A DNA stretch of 64,000 bases from NCBI GenBank assembly GCA_963664305.2, contig CAXXLV010000001.1, forward strand, positions 160,001 to 224,000, given 5' to 3'. The notes below the pieces were generated by a model. The model was not told the DNA's origin, searched no databases, and saw only the letters and a program-made list of their open reading frames with translations. Below, piece after piece: positions 23,077 to 32,376 of the stretch; the stretch's first letter is position 1, and each line of letters begins with the position of its first letter. Source of the DNA: an uncultured Aliarcobacter sp. Its GTDB lineage: Bacteria > Campylobacterota > Campylobacteria > Campylobacterales > Arcobacteraceae. The translations under genes and the position numbers were made by a program.

Positions 23077-24786
23077 TTAATTCCTCCTTATCCTATATTC
23101 ACTTTTTTTCTCAATTCCACTAGAATAAACAATACTGTTTTCATAAATCCCCTCACAAACCTCAATAGCCTCTTTAGTACTTAAATTCAATTCTCTTTGT
23201 AAAAAATCAATTACATTTTTTGGTTTTTGTTTATTTGTAGTGTTATCTATTTTATTATCTTCTGTTATTATAAAATTTGAAATATCAAGTTTATAATTAT
23301 CTTTTGCAAATTCAAGGATTAAATTTGCATCAAGTTTTTCTTTTAGTTCTTGCAAATTTATTTTAGAAGTTAAATCTTCATTTTGCAAATTTACCTTTTG
23401 TTGTTGAATTGGTGATTTTGCTCTTTTAATTTCTATTTGATTTTCTTTTTTATTTTTTAAAATTAAAGCAGCAATTTGTCTATTTGCTTCAGTTACAAAC
23501 TCTTCATTTCCACTTGGTTTTATATTTTCTAGTTTCCAGTTTTTTGCAAGGGCTATTTCAATCATAATTTTTACTTCTTCTTGTATGTTATTTGAATTAA
23601 AATTAGAGATTATTTGATCTTCTAAATCAACAATTTTAATATTTTTTGAGAAGTTAGTAATAATTACTTGATTATCTATTTTTTTAATATAATAGCCTTG
23701 TAGTTTATCTTTAATTAGATAATCATAGTGTTTATAAAAAAGTTTTTGTTGATATGATTGATAAGTAAAAGAGTTTATATTATCAGTAGTTTTTTGATTT
23801 TCACAAGTATAAATATCTTGCAATAGTTCTTTTGATTTTTTACTTTTTCTTTTATAGATATTTTCAATTCTAGTTTCATAATAGCTTAGTAAAATATCTT
23901 CTAACTCTTTTTTTGATTTATGTCTTGGAAATATTCTATTTTTATCATCATTTAGAATAAATCTTGAAAAATCTTTACCATTTAGATTTAATGAGTTTGA
24001 TTTTTTATTTCTTTCTTGTAGGTTTAATATTTTTATATATTTATATGTTTTACTTCCAGCTATTTTAAAATCTATATTTTCTTTTAGCTGTAGGTTATTT
24101 TGTAAAAAGTATAAAAGTTCATCTGGTGTTTTTATATCTTTTAAAAGTTCTATCCAATTAGCTCTAGTAATTGCTATTTTACTTATTATTTTATCTTCAA
24201 GATTATTTTCATCTTGGATATTTGAATTAGTATTAGTTTCATCATTTTCATCTTTTCTAGGAATTTCAAAGTTATATTTTTTACAAACATAGCTTTGTAA
24301 AACATCATCTAAAAAAGAGTTATTAAAAAATGGTGTTCTTAATTGAGTATCATCAACTGGATTATATTTAGCAATTGCAATATGAATATGTGGAAATCTT
24401 TTTTTATTTTTTTCATTTATTTGAATTTTTGGCAAGTGAGCTTCAGCATATGCTATTACTTCGTTTTCTAAATCATAGCCACTTGTGTGATGTTTTAAAT
24501 ATATTAAAACTAGTTCTTTAAAAAGTTCATCTCTTTTTTTATCATCATCTATTTTATTTAATTTATCTATATCTTTTTGAGAAAAAGATAGTGTTATATG
24601 AATATAGTTATCTTTATAGTTTTTATATTTATTTAGATATTTTTCTGTTTGTTTAAAAGTTTGAAGATTTCCATACAGTGGAACTACTTTATCTTTTTGA
24701 TCTCTTGAGTAGATACTATCTTTTCTAGCACCTGTTATTAAATAATCTGCAAATCCTTCTTTGGCTCTTGAAATTCTAGCTATCAT
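23077..24786 (-). CDS. HUH relaxase/mobilisation nuclease (MOBP-like) with a C-terminal LPD7-like domain
   Basis: Motif I Tyr (FADYL), motif II YIHITLSFS, motif III AEAH...PHIHIAI. MIEIALAKNW...SGNEEF resembles LPD7. Lies directly downstream of mobC. Confidence 0.8.
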   Translation of the reverse strand: MIARISRAKEGFADYLITGARKDSIYSRDQKDKVVPLYGNLQTFKQTEKYLNKYKNYKDNYIHITLSFSQKDIDKLNKIDDDKKRDELFKELVLIYLKHHTSGYDLENEVIAYAEAHLPKIQINEKNKKRFPHIHIAIAKYNPVDDTQLRTPFFNNSFLDDVLQSYVCKKYNFEIPRKDENDETNTNSNIQDENNLEDKIISKIAITRANWIELLKDIKTPDELLYFLQNNLQLKENIDFKIAGSKTYKYIKILNLQERNKKSNSLNLNGKDFSRFILNDDKNRIFPRHKSKKELEDILLSYYETRIENIYKRKSKKSKELLQDIYTCENQKTTDNINSFTYQSYQQKLFYKHYDYLIKDKLQGYYIKKIDNQVIITNFSKNIKIVDLEDQIISNFNSNNIQEEVKIMIEIALAKNWKLENIKPSGNEEFVTEANRQIAALILKNKKENQIEIKRAKSPIQQQKVNLQNEDLTSKINLQELKEKLDANLILEFAKDNYKLDISNFIITEDNKIDNTTNKQKPKNVIDFLQRELNLSTKEAIEVCEGIYENSIVYSSGIEKKSEYRIRRN

Positions 24787-25116
24787 TTAAAACTCTTTAT
24801 CTAAAATTGGATCTAATTGATTTTCAATAATGATAAGTTTATTGATTAGATTTTTATAGTTATAAGAATCAAGTTTTTTTAATTGGATTGAATAATTTAA
24901 TCCATGAGTTAATTGATTAATGTTTGTACCAATTTTATTTATATTCCAAATTAACTCTTTTATATCTTTTTTATTTGATGGTTTTACATTAATATTTGAA
25001 GATTCAATATATTTAATTAAAAACTGTGTGCTATTCATATTAAGAGCTTTTGCTTTAAAATCAAGTAATTGTTTTTGTTGTTGTGATAATCTAAATTTAA
25101 ACATTTTATCTTGCAT
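24787..25116 (-). CDS. mobC: MobC-family relaxosome accessory protein (RHH)
   Basis: N-terminal KFRLS...KAKALNMNSTQFL (ribbon-helix-helix) and the MobC motif INKIGTNINQL. Confidence 0.85.
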   Translation of the reverse strand: MQDKMFKFRLSQQQKQLLDFKAKALNMNSTQFLIKYIESSNINVKPSNKKDIKELIWNINKIGTNINQLTHGLNYSIQLKKLDSYNYKNLINKLIIIENQLDPILDKEF

Positions 25117-25258
25117 TAAAATCCTTTACACATTTGAAAGTTAGTAAGACCCTCAAAGACCAACTGATTTGGTTTAAGACCTAGACACAACTTACTTAAG
25201 ATTCCATATGTCTTGATTGTCCATTTTTTGTCTTATTTTTGATACATTCTTCTTCCTT
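25117..25258. promoter_or_regulatory. Candidate oriT / mob promoter region
   Basis: Non-coding gap directly upstream of mobC with three AAGACC copies and an ACCAA-n5-TTGGT hairpin. The call rests on position only. Confidence 0.4.
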
Positions 25259-25528
25259 TTATTTTAAATCTAAAAGTTCCTTTGCTTTATCTGTTGAGAT
25301 TACCTCACCTGTTTCTAATCTAGCTACTAAACCATCTTCTTCTAGTTTCTTAACAAATCTAGACACAACTGGCTGTGCTAAAGTTAATCCAAAACTTATC
25401 TCTGTGATTTTCTTAGCTCCATGGTCTATTAAATAACACATAATAGCTATATCTCTTACTGTTGCTCTTGGGTCATACTCTTTATCTAGTCTCTGACATA
25501 AAACTAATAACTCCCTTGCCTTCATCAT
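25259..25528 (-). CDS. Small MarR-like winged-helix DNA-binding protein
   Basis: ITEISFGLTLAQPVVSRFVKKLEEDGLV HTH-wing pattern; RBS AAGGAG. Confidence 0.75.
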   Translation of the reverse strand: MMKARELLVLCQRLDKEYDPRATVRDIAIMCYLIDHGAKKITEISFGLTLAQPVVSRFVKKLEEDGLVARLETGEVISTDKAKELLDLK

Positions 25529-25757
25529 AATATTCTCCTTTATTATAAAAATGAAAGTAATATTAAAAAATAGTGACTTAAAATTAAATAGAAAAGGATT
25601 GTTTTTGTATTTAAGGGAATTCGGTAATTGTTAAAAAGATTGTATTTTAATATTAAAAAGTTATTGTTTTTGGAAATAAGCTCTGATTGATTTTTGTACT
25701 CGCATTTGTACTTTCGGATTTTCCGTTTTAGAAAAACCTTCAAGAAGCTCGATTTTA

Positions 25758-25803
25758 TGGTGGTCATGAAGGACTCGAACCTTCGACCACTCGGTTATGA
25801 GCC
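25758..25803 (-). repeat. att-like direct repeat: 3' half of tRNA(CAT)
   Basis: TGGTGGTCATGAAGGACTCGAACCTTCGACCACTCGGTTATGAGCC matches 25928-25974 except for one missing G. Confidence 0.92.
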
Positions 25804-25927
25804 AGTCTTAAAAATAGGCTTGTTATCGTACTTTTAATAAACAATTGAAAGACATAAAAATATCATAATGTACCTTCCAATGTACCTAAAATTAAATAAT
25901 ACTTGTTGTTGATTGTTCATAATTAAG

Positions 25928-26004
25928 TGGTGGGTCATGAAGGACTCGAACCTTCGACCACTCGGTTATGAGCCGAGTGCTCTAACCAGCTGAGCTAATG
26001 ACCC
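25928..26004 (-). tRNA. tRNA with CAT anticodon, probably tRNA-Ile2 (lysidine) rather than Met
   Basis: GGGTCATTAGCTCAGCTGGTTAGAGCACTCGGCTCATAACCGAGTGGTCGAAGGTTCGAGTCCTTCATGACCCACCA; cloverleaf with encoded CCA; G1 is paired, so not an initiator tRNA. Confidence 0.92.
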
Positions 26005-26010
26005 ACTTAA

Positions 26011-26101
26011 TGGCGGACAGTGAGGGATTTGAACCCTCGGTACCGTTGCCAGTACGTCTCCTTAGCAGGGAGGTGGTTTCAGCCAGCTCACCCAACTGTC
26101 C
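26011..26101 (-). tRNA. tRNA-Ser(GCT)
   Basis: 91 nt with a long variable arm, anticodon loop CT-GCT-AA, GGTTCAAATCC T-loop, GCCA end. Confidence 0.92.
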
Positions 26102-26141
26102 GTTGTTGAGATGATTTTATTATCATAAAATCAGGACGGTG

Positions 26142-26147
26142 ATTATA
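26142..26147 (-). promoter_or_regulatory. -10 box of the tRNA-Ser/tRNA(CAT) operon
   Basis: TATAAT followed by the GC-rich CACCGTCC discriminator, same context as the rRNA promoter. Confidence 0.65.
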
Positions 26148-26191
26148 ATAGTATGTCACTTAAAACATTCTTAAAATTTAAAGAAGAGAAA

Positions 26192-26878
26192 TTAAATATT
26201 TTTCAATATCTCTTCTACAACTTTTTTAGGATTATCTGACTTATAAATTGGTCTTCCAACAACAATAAAATCTACTAAATTTTCTTTTGCATATGGAATA
26301 TCAGCTACTCTTTTTTGGTCTCCACTATCTTCACCAAAAGGACGAATTCCAGGGCAAAGAGTAATAAACTCTTTTGAAGTATTATTTTTGATATCTAAAC
26401 TTTCAAATGCTGAACAAACAACTCCATCTATTCCTGATTCAAATGTATCAATTGCAAATTGTGTTGCTTTTGTACTTATATCTTCGTTGTAGATTGCTTT
26501 AAAACTATCATTATCAAAAGATGTAAGCGCTGTTACAGCTAATACTAAAGGTTTATTAGGGATATCTTTTATTCTATTTATAACTGTTTTCATAGCTTCA
26601 ACACCTGAACTTGCGTGAACATTAAACATATCTACAAGTCCAAAATTAGCTATTTCTTCTGCAGCATCAGCCATAGTATTTGGAATATCATAAAGTTTCA
26701 AATCTAAAAAGATTTTAAAATTTGGATTTATAGCTTTTAAATCTTCTAAAAATTTTTTACCATCTCTTATATAACTTCTAAATCCTACTTTTAGCCAAAC
26801 ATCGAAATCTTTTATTTGTTTAACTAATTCAAGATTTTGTTCAGCTGTTGCTAAATCTAAAGAAACACATAATTTCAT
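26192..26878 (-). CDS. pyrF: Orotidine-5'-phosphate decarboxylase
   Basis: FLDLKLYDIPNT, AVTALTS, PGIRP, DQKRV, VVGRPI. Confidence 0.95.
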   Translation of the reverse strand: MKLCVSLDLATAEQNLELVKQIKDFDVWLKVGFRSYIRDGKKFLEDLKAINPNFKIFLDLKLYDIPNTMADAAEEIANFGLVDMFNVHASSGVEAMKTVINRIKDIPNKPLVLAVTALTSFDNDSFKAIYNEDISTKATQFAIDTFESGIDGVVCSAFESLDIKNNTSKEFITLCPGIRPFGEDSGDQKRVADIPYAKENLVDFIVVGRPIYKSDNPKKVVEEILKNI

Positions 26879-26880
26879 AT

Positions 26881-27276
26881 TTAAGCCTTCACAACTTTAT
26901 CAAGTAATCCATTTACAAATTTTGGAGCACCATCACTTGCTAATTTTTTTGATAATTCAATTGCTTCATTTATAACAACTGCTTTTGGTAAATCTTCAAA
27001 TAAAATTTCAAAAATTGCTAATCTTAAAATTGATTTTTCAACAGAACCTATATCTTCTAAAGTTCCTTGATTTAAATGACTAATTATTTCAGCATTAATT
27101 TTTTCTAAATTTTCTATAGTTCCATTAAATAATCTTAAAGCAAACTCTTTTTGGTTATTTCTTATTTTTTTCTCTTCTAAAATTTCATCAAGAAATTTTG
27201 CAATTCCTTCATTTCCTAAATCATAAGCGTACAATAAACCAATTACAGACTCTCTTGCTTGTGTTCTAGTTGCCAA
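26881..27276 (-). CDS. nusB: Transcription antitermination factor NusB
   Basis: RTQARE, ILRLAIFE, VINEAIELSK, FVNGLLD. Confidence 0.95.
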   Translation of the reverse strand: MATRTQARESVIGLLYAYDLGNEGIAKFLDEILEEKKIRNNQKEFALRLFNGTIENLEKINAEIISHLNQGTLEDIGSVEKSILRLAIFEILFEDLPKAVVINEAIELSKKLASDGAPKFVNGLLDKVVKA

Positions 27277-27278
27277 AT

Positions 27279-27749
27279 CTATTTCCCCATTTCATTATAT
27301 AAGTCTAACATTTCAATGATTGTAACCATTGCTTCTGCACCTTTATTTCCAACTTTTGAACCAGCTCTTTCAATTGCTTGTTCAATTGTATCTGTTGTTA
27401 AAACTCCATTAGAAACAGGTTTTCCATATTTTAAACCAACAGTTGCAATTCCTTTTGTAGCTTCTGCAGAAATATAATCAAAATGAGGTGTTGCACCACG
27501 AATAACTGCACCAACACAACATACTGCATCATATTTTCCACTTGATAATGCTTTTTCTAAAGCAAATGGAATCTCAAAAGCACCAGGAACTAAAATTAAA
27601 TCTAAATTATCTACATTTCCACCATGTCTTTTGAAAGCATCTTGTGCACCTTCTACTAATCTATCAGTAATTATATGGTTAAATCTACCATTTATAATTG
27701 CAATTTTCTCTGTCCCTTTTAATCTTAAAACACCTTCAATTACTTTCAT
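27279..27749 (-). CDS. ribH: 6,7-dimethyl-8-ribityllumazine synthase
   Basis: [35 protein letters not shown]. Confidence 0.96.
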   Translation of the reverse strand: MKVIEGVLRLKGTEKIAIINGRFNHIITDRLVEGAQDAFKRHGGNVDNLDLILVPGAFEIPFALEKALSSGKYDAVCCVGAVIRGATPHFDYISAEATKGIATVGLKYGKPVSNGVLTTDTIEQAIERAGSKVGNKGAEAMVTIIEMLDLYNEMGK

Positions 27750-27778
27750 CTAATTCTCCAAATTTTTCTAAATAGTTA

Positions 27779-28579
27779 TTAATTATACCCTAAAGCATCT
27801 TGTATTGCAAAAATGTCACCAACAAGCTTATACATATCATCTACTTTAAGCATATTTGGTCCATCACTAAGTGCTACTGATGGATCAATATGTGTTTCAA
27901 AGAAGAAACCATCAACACCTACAGCGGCTGCTGCTTTTGCCATTGTTGGAACAAATGCAGAATTTCCTCCAGTAGTTCCACCCGTACTTGGGATTTGAAC
28001 AGAGTGTGTTGCATCAAAAATAACTGGTGCATATTGTTTTAATAAAACTAAATTTCTCATATCAACTACTAAAGCACCATATCCAAAAGTATTTCCTCTT
28101 TCACAAAGCCATACTCCAGCTTTTTCAGAGTTTTCATAACTTACTTCTGTTATTCCTCTTGTATTTAAGATTTTTTCAACAGGATGTTTCATAGCGTCTG
28201 CTGCTAAGAATTGTCCTTTTTTAATATTTATTTTTGCCGGCGTTTTTGCAGCAGCAACTAATAAATCAGTTTGTCTACATAAAAAAGCAGGGATTTGTAA
28301 AATATCAATAACTTCACCAGCTGGTGCTGCCTGATATGATTCATGAATATCTGTTACAACTTTATATCCAAATTGTTTTTTTATTTCTTCAAATATTTTT
28401 AATCCCTCATCAAGTCCTGGTCCTCTAAATGAACTTATACTTGTTCTATTTGCTTTATCAAATGAAGCTTTAAAATAAAATTCAACTCTTTTATCTTCAC
28501 TCAATGGTTTTAATTTTTCAGCAATTCTCATTACTGTATCTCTATCTTCAAGTACACAAGGTCCCGTTAAAATTTTCAT
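27779..28579 (-). CDS. kdsA: KDO 8-phosphate synthase
   Basis: GPCVLE, KASFDKANRTS, QIPAFLCRQTDL, KKGQF, FDATHSVQ, SDGPN. Confidence 0.96.
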   Translation of the reverse strand: MKILTGPCVLEDRDTVMRIAEKLKPLSEDKRVEFYFKASFDKANRTSISSFRGPGLDEGLKIFEEIKKQFGYKVVTDIHESYQAAPAGEVIDILQIPAFLCRQTDLLVAAAKTPAKINIKKGQFLAADAMKHPVEKILNTRGITEVSYENSEKAGVWLCERGNTFGYGALVVDMRNLVLLKQYAPVIFDATHSVQIPSTGGTTGGNSAFVPTMAKAAAAVGVDGFFFETHIDPSVALSDGPNMLKVDDMYKLVGDIFAIQDALGYN

Positions 28580-30264
28580 AAAATTCCTTTTAAAATTGTT
28601 TGTTTTTCTTTACCTGTTAATGCATAATAAAATTCATAAATATTTTTACAGATATATTCAATATCATTTTTTGCGTGTTCATCACAAGCAAGTAAGATTT
28701 TATCGCCTATTTTTATCTCTGTTTCCCATTCAGGGAGAAGCATTATATCATTTTCTCGTTGAAGTAACAAAGGCACAACATTATTTCTTAACTCTTTATT
28801 ATGTAATGAAATACCAAACAGACTTAAAAAAAGTGATTGATTTTTCAATAAATAGTTGTAAACCTCAGGAGCATAAAGCTCTGAAATTTCAAATTCAATT
28901 AACAATGGTTTTTCATCTATTTCTCTTACTAATCTACTTACTAATTTTGATGCCCATTCATTATCTTTCTTAATTATTAATCTCAAAAACTTATCACTTA
29001 ACGGCATAACTAAAGCATTTGTAATTTTATTTACTAAGATTTTTGATGGAGTAAAAATATGATTTATATTTGCATTTCTAAATAAAAAATCATCTATCAT
29101 CTCATTTTCTCTAACAATAGTTACAATATGTGGATTTAATTTCTTTGCAGTTGCTAAAATAGATAAGTTTGTAGTATCATCATCAGTAACAGCTGCAATT
29201 GCAACAGCTTCTTTTATACCAATATTTAACAATAACTCTTTATCATCTGCATTTCCATAAACAATATTTGAAATCTCATCTTTTGAATATTCAACATTTT
29301 TATTTTTGTCAATTTCAATTAATTTAACACCAATATCATTTTCATTTAATTTTTCAAAAATCTTTCTTCCCATTCTTCCATAACCGCAAACAATATATAG
29401 TCCTTTGGGGAAAATTGGTAAAGATGCATTTAAATTATCAATTCCATAAAGCCATTTTTCAAGTTTGAATAGATTTGGAGACCAAAGAGCGAGATTTATT
29501 TCAGAAGAAATAATTGAAAAAGGATTTACAACAATCTCAGCATCTAAATCTTTTAGATTTTCTGTATGATTAGTTGTTGTTGATTTAACTGCCACTTTTA
29601 TATTTTTATTTAAAGCTTTTGCAATAAGTGTAATTTTTAAATTTAAAGCATCATCTTCAAATAAAGAAACAATAGCTTTACAATTTCTTTTTTTTAATCC
29701 AGCAATTTCCAAAACTTTTACAGAATAACTTTCACTATATAAAACAGGAACTGTTGGAGTAAAATTTTCCAATATTAAATTATGAATTTTTATTTTATCT
29801 TTTTCAATTACAACTGTTCTAAGACCCTGTTCCATTGCTTTCATGATTATTTTTCTAGTAATTTGGTTATAACCTAAAACTACAATAAACTTTTCATTTA
29901 AGTTCTTCACTTGTCTTAAAAACTTTGCTTTTTCAATCTCTTGCAAAAACTGTTTGTCTTGAAATAAAGAGATTAAAGAACCAATACTATAAAACCAACC
30001 AAGAACAGTTAAATAAATAGAAAACGTAACCCAAATTCTTTGAGGATAAGAGAAAGTAAAAGGTGTTTCTCCAAATCCTATTGTTGTTGCTGTATAAGAA
30101 ATAAAATAAAAAGCATCAAATATTGTCATTTTATAAGGATTCCCATTTGCATCAACACCATCTATTAGTATTAATCCTAAAATAGAAATTGTATAAGTAA
30201 TTAAAATTACTAAAAAAGGTCTCCTCATTTTTTGTAAAATGATAAATAATGAATTATTTCTCAA
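28576..30264 (-). CDS. Potassium channel with two RCK/TrkA-N domains
   Basis: Two TM segments with pore sequence TATTIGFGE; Rossmann-like VVLGYN and VCGYGRMG. Confidence 0.85.
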   Translation of the reverse strand: MRNNSLFIILQKMRRPFLVILITYTISILGLILIDGVDANGNPYKMTIFDAFYFISYTATTIGFGETPFTFSYPQRIWVTFSIYLTVLGWFYSIGSLISLFQDKQFLQEIEKAKFLRQVKNLNEKFIVVLGYNQITRKIIMKAMEQGLRTVVIEKDKIKIHNLILENFTPTVPVLYSESYSVKVLEIAGLKKRNCKAIVSLFEDDALNLKITLIAKALNKNIKVAVKSTTTNHTENLKDLDAEIVVNPFSIISSEINLALWSPNLFKLEKWLYGIDNLNASLPIFPKGLYIVCGYGRMGRKIFEKLNENDIGVKLIEIDKNKNVEYSKDEISNIVYGNADDKELLLNIGIKEAVAIAAVTDDDTTNLSILATAKKLNPHIVTIVRENEMIDDFLFRNANINHIFTPSKILVNKITNALVMPLSDKFLRLIIKKDNEWASKLVSRLVREIDEKPLLIEFEISELYAPEVYNYLLKNQSLFLSLFGISLHNKELRNNVVPLLLQRENDIMLLPEWETEIKIGDKILLACDEHAKNDIEYICKNIYEFYYALTGKEKQTILKGIL

Positions 30265-30274
30265 AATTTAATCT

Positions 30275-30652
30275 TTATCTTTTTGATTTTAATGTATCGC
30301 CAACATAAAGTGCAACTGAAGTAATATTTGCCAACAATGCACCACCAGATAAAGAAACTATTCCAGCCATTATTTCTGGATTCATACCTGTTGTGTAAAC
30401 TGCAATTGTCCAAACAACAGCAGCTGCAATCAGCTGAATATCTGCAACTAAAGAAGTTGCAAGTAAAACTGAACCTAATTGAGTTTTATCACCTAATTTT
30501 AAAATCGTTGCTATTAGATTTATAACAATTGCTGCAAATAATTCATATTTACTATGACTTTCTATTACGTGAATTTCTCCATAAAAAAATCCAAAATTTA
30601 GCGTCATTGCTAAAATTATAAAAAATCCTGAAATAACCTTATCTAAGTTCAT
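30275..30652 (-). CDS. Small membrane protein (DUF6394-like), co-transcribed with the K+ channel
   Basis: Four hydrophobic segments. Start MNLDKVISG at 30652 chosen from GGAGG spacing. Confidence 0.7.
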   Translation of the reverse strand: MNLDKVISGFFIILAMTLNFGFFYGEIHVIESHSKYELFAAIVINLIATILKLGDKTQLGSVLLATSLVADIQLIAAAVVWTIAVYTTGMNPEIMAGIVSLSGGALLANITSVALYVGDTLKSKR

Positions 30653-32375
30653 GATATTCATCCTCCATATCTTTTCCAATTTTTAACTTTCTTTTAAATA
30701 CCTCATCCATATTATCAAATACTCTTGAGTTTTTATCTACAAAAATTAATCTATGTTTATTTAATTGGCTTATCTTTTTTAATCCCATAATTGCTAATAA
30801 ACCTTTTACATTTTTTAGTAAATTTTTATGATAATTTGATACATAATTTGCATGTTTAAATACAAAATATTTTCTTCTTTTTTTTATATTTTGTGTTGCC
30901 AAACCAACTGGACACTCTCGTCCTGTTGTTCCAGAACAATATCTTGCTCTAATGCACCCTGCACTCATCATAAAACCACGAGCAATTTGAACAAAATCTG
31001 CTCCTAAACTCATAATTATAACTATATCATCAGGTGTTAATATTTTACCACTTGCTATAATTTTTATTTTATCTCTTATTCCATAATCACTTAAAACTTT
31101 ATCTACTAAATAAATAGAATCTCTTATTTCAAGACCAACTCTTTCCATCATTTCAAGAGGTGCAGTGGCACTTCCTCCACTTCCTCCATCAATAGTGATA
31201 AAATCAGGATAAGCATCATTTCCTAAGTCTATTCTTCTTTTTATCTCTTTTGCATATGGTTCAATATTTTCTAAATCTGAAATTACGATTTTCATACCTA
31301 CAGGTTTTTCTGAAAGTTTTTGTAATTCACCTATAAAATCAAACAACTCTTCTATTGAATTTCCATAAGGAAATCTATTTGGAGAAAAAACATCTTTATA
31401 AGCTTCAACATTTCTATAATATGCAACAGCAGGTGTTACTTTGTGGCCTGCAAGTTTTCCCCCTGTTTGTTTTGCACCTTGAGCTATTTTGATTTCTGTC
31501 ATTCGACAAAATCTCATAACTTTTTGATATCTTAAAGGATCAAAATTACCTTGTTTATCTCTAGCACCATATAATCCTGAACTTATTTGAAACACAATAT
31601 CAGGCATATCAGATGGAACATCTTTTGGAAAGTTTTCTAAAGGAGCTTCCCAATTTGGTCTAAAAAATTGTTTTTTCTTTAAATCTAAAATATATGTTTC
31701 AGCTTCTGGGTCATTTTTAAAAACCAATTTTCTATATACTTCAGCTGCTAAAGCTCCATTAAAAAAGAATTTTGCAATTTTTTTGAAAGTTTTATTTAAT
31801 GAAGAACTATCAACAACTGTCATAAATGATGAATCATAACTCTCATATGTAGTAAAGAAATTTGATGTAACTCCACCCTCACCTGAATTTATAGGAAAAC
31901 CTCCTAAATATGCACCTTGAACAAATGCTCGTGTACCTTCAGGAGAAATAGAACCATCACTCATGGCAGACCTTGCAATAATACTTTTTGCTTTAAAAGG
32001 TTTTTTTCTATTTTCACCAAATGTAACTTCAAATTTTTCTTCTACTTCATTATCGTTTAAAACAATATTTGAATGTCTAATCATAAATTTTGGTTTTGGT
32101 AATGGTTGAGAAGGAGAAAAAGAGGCGTAATTTGGTAAATCACGTGCTGCTTTATAAACCCAATCTAACTTATCTTTTGATTCGTAAAACTTTTCATCAC
32201 CAAAATATTGTCTAAAAGGTTCCCTTGCTTCTTCAAATAAGTATCTTAATCTTCCAATTATTGGATAATTAACTAAAAGTTGATGTTTTCTTTGTACATA
32301 TTTATCATGAATAAACCATGCAATTATAATCACAACAAAAACAATCCAAAAATCTTCCCAAAATGTTAAATCCAT
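30639..32375 (-). CDS. FMN-binding glutamate synthase family protein (stand-alone, YerD-like)
   Basis: NYPIIGRLRY, SAMSDG, EIKIAQGAK, IDGGSGGS, GCIRARYC...CPVGLATQ. Confidence 0.85.
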   Translation of the reverse strand: MDLTFWEDFWIVFVVIIIAWFIHDKYVQRKHQLLVNYPIIGRLRYLFEEAREPFRQYFGDEKFYESKDKLDWVYKAARDLPNYASFSPSQPLPKPKFMIRHSNIVLNDNEVEEKFEVTFGENRKKPFKAKSIIARSAMSDGSISPEGTRAFVQGAYLGGFPINSGEGGVTSNFFTTYESYDSSFMTVVDSSSLNKTFKKIAKFFFNGALAAEVYRKLVFKNDPEAETYILDLKKKQFFRPNWEAPLENFPKDVPSDMPDIVFQISSGLYGARDKQGNFDPLRYQKVMRFCRMTEIKIAQGAKQTGGKLAGHKVTPAVAYYRNVEAYKDVFSPNRFPYGNSIEELFDFIGELQKLSEKPVGMKIVISDLENIEPYAKEIKRRIDLGNDAYPDFITIDGGSGGSATAPLEMMERVGLEIRDSIYLVDKVLSDYGIRDKIKIIASGKILTPDDIVIIMSLGADFVQIARGFMMSAGCIRARYCSGTTGRECPVGLATQNIKKRRKYFVFKHANYVSNYHKNLLKNVKGLLAIMGLKKISQLNKHRLIFVDKNSRVFDNMDEVFKRKLKIGKDMEDEYHELR

Positions 32376-32376
32376 T

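Larger units (their letters stand above)
23077..25927. mobile_element. Integrase-less mobilisable element or remnant at the tRNA(CAT) 3' end (left boundary not visible)
   Basis: Relaxase, mobC and HTH next to a duplicated tRNA 3' fragment and paired TGTAC repeats. Confidence 0.65.

Noticed and set aside
25543..25767. 74-aa ORF next to the att site
   Set aside because: Its ATG lies inside the tRNA duplicate, it has no RBS or motif and it crosses the repeat pair; not an integrase fragment that I can recognise.
25758..25803. Second tRNA(CAT) gene
   Set aside because: Only the 3' half is present (no D-arm or 5' acceptor strand); treated as an att repeat.
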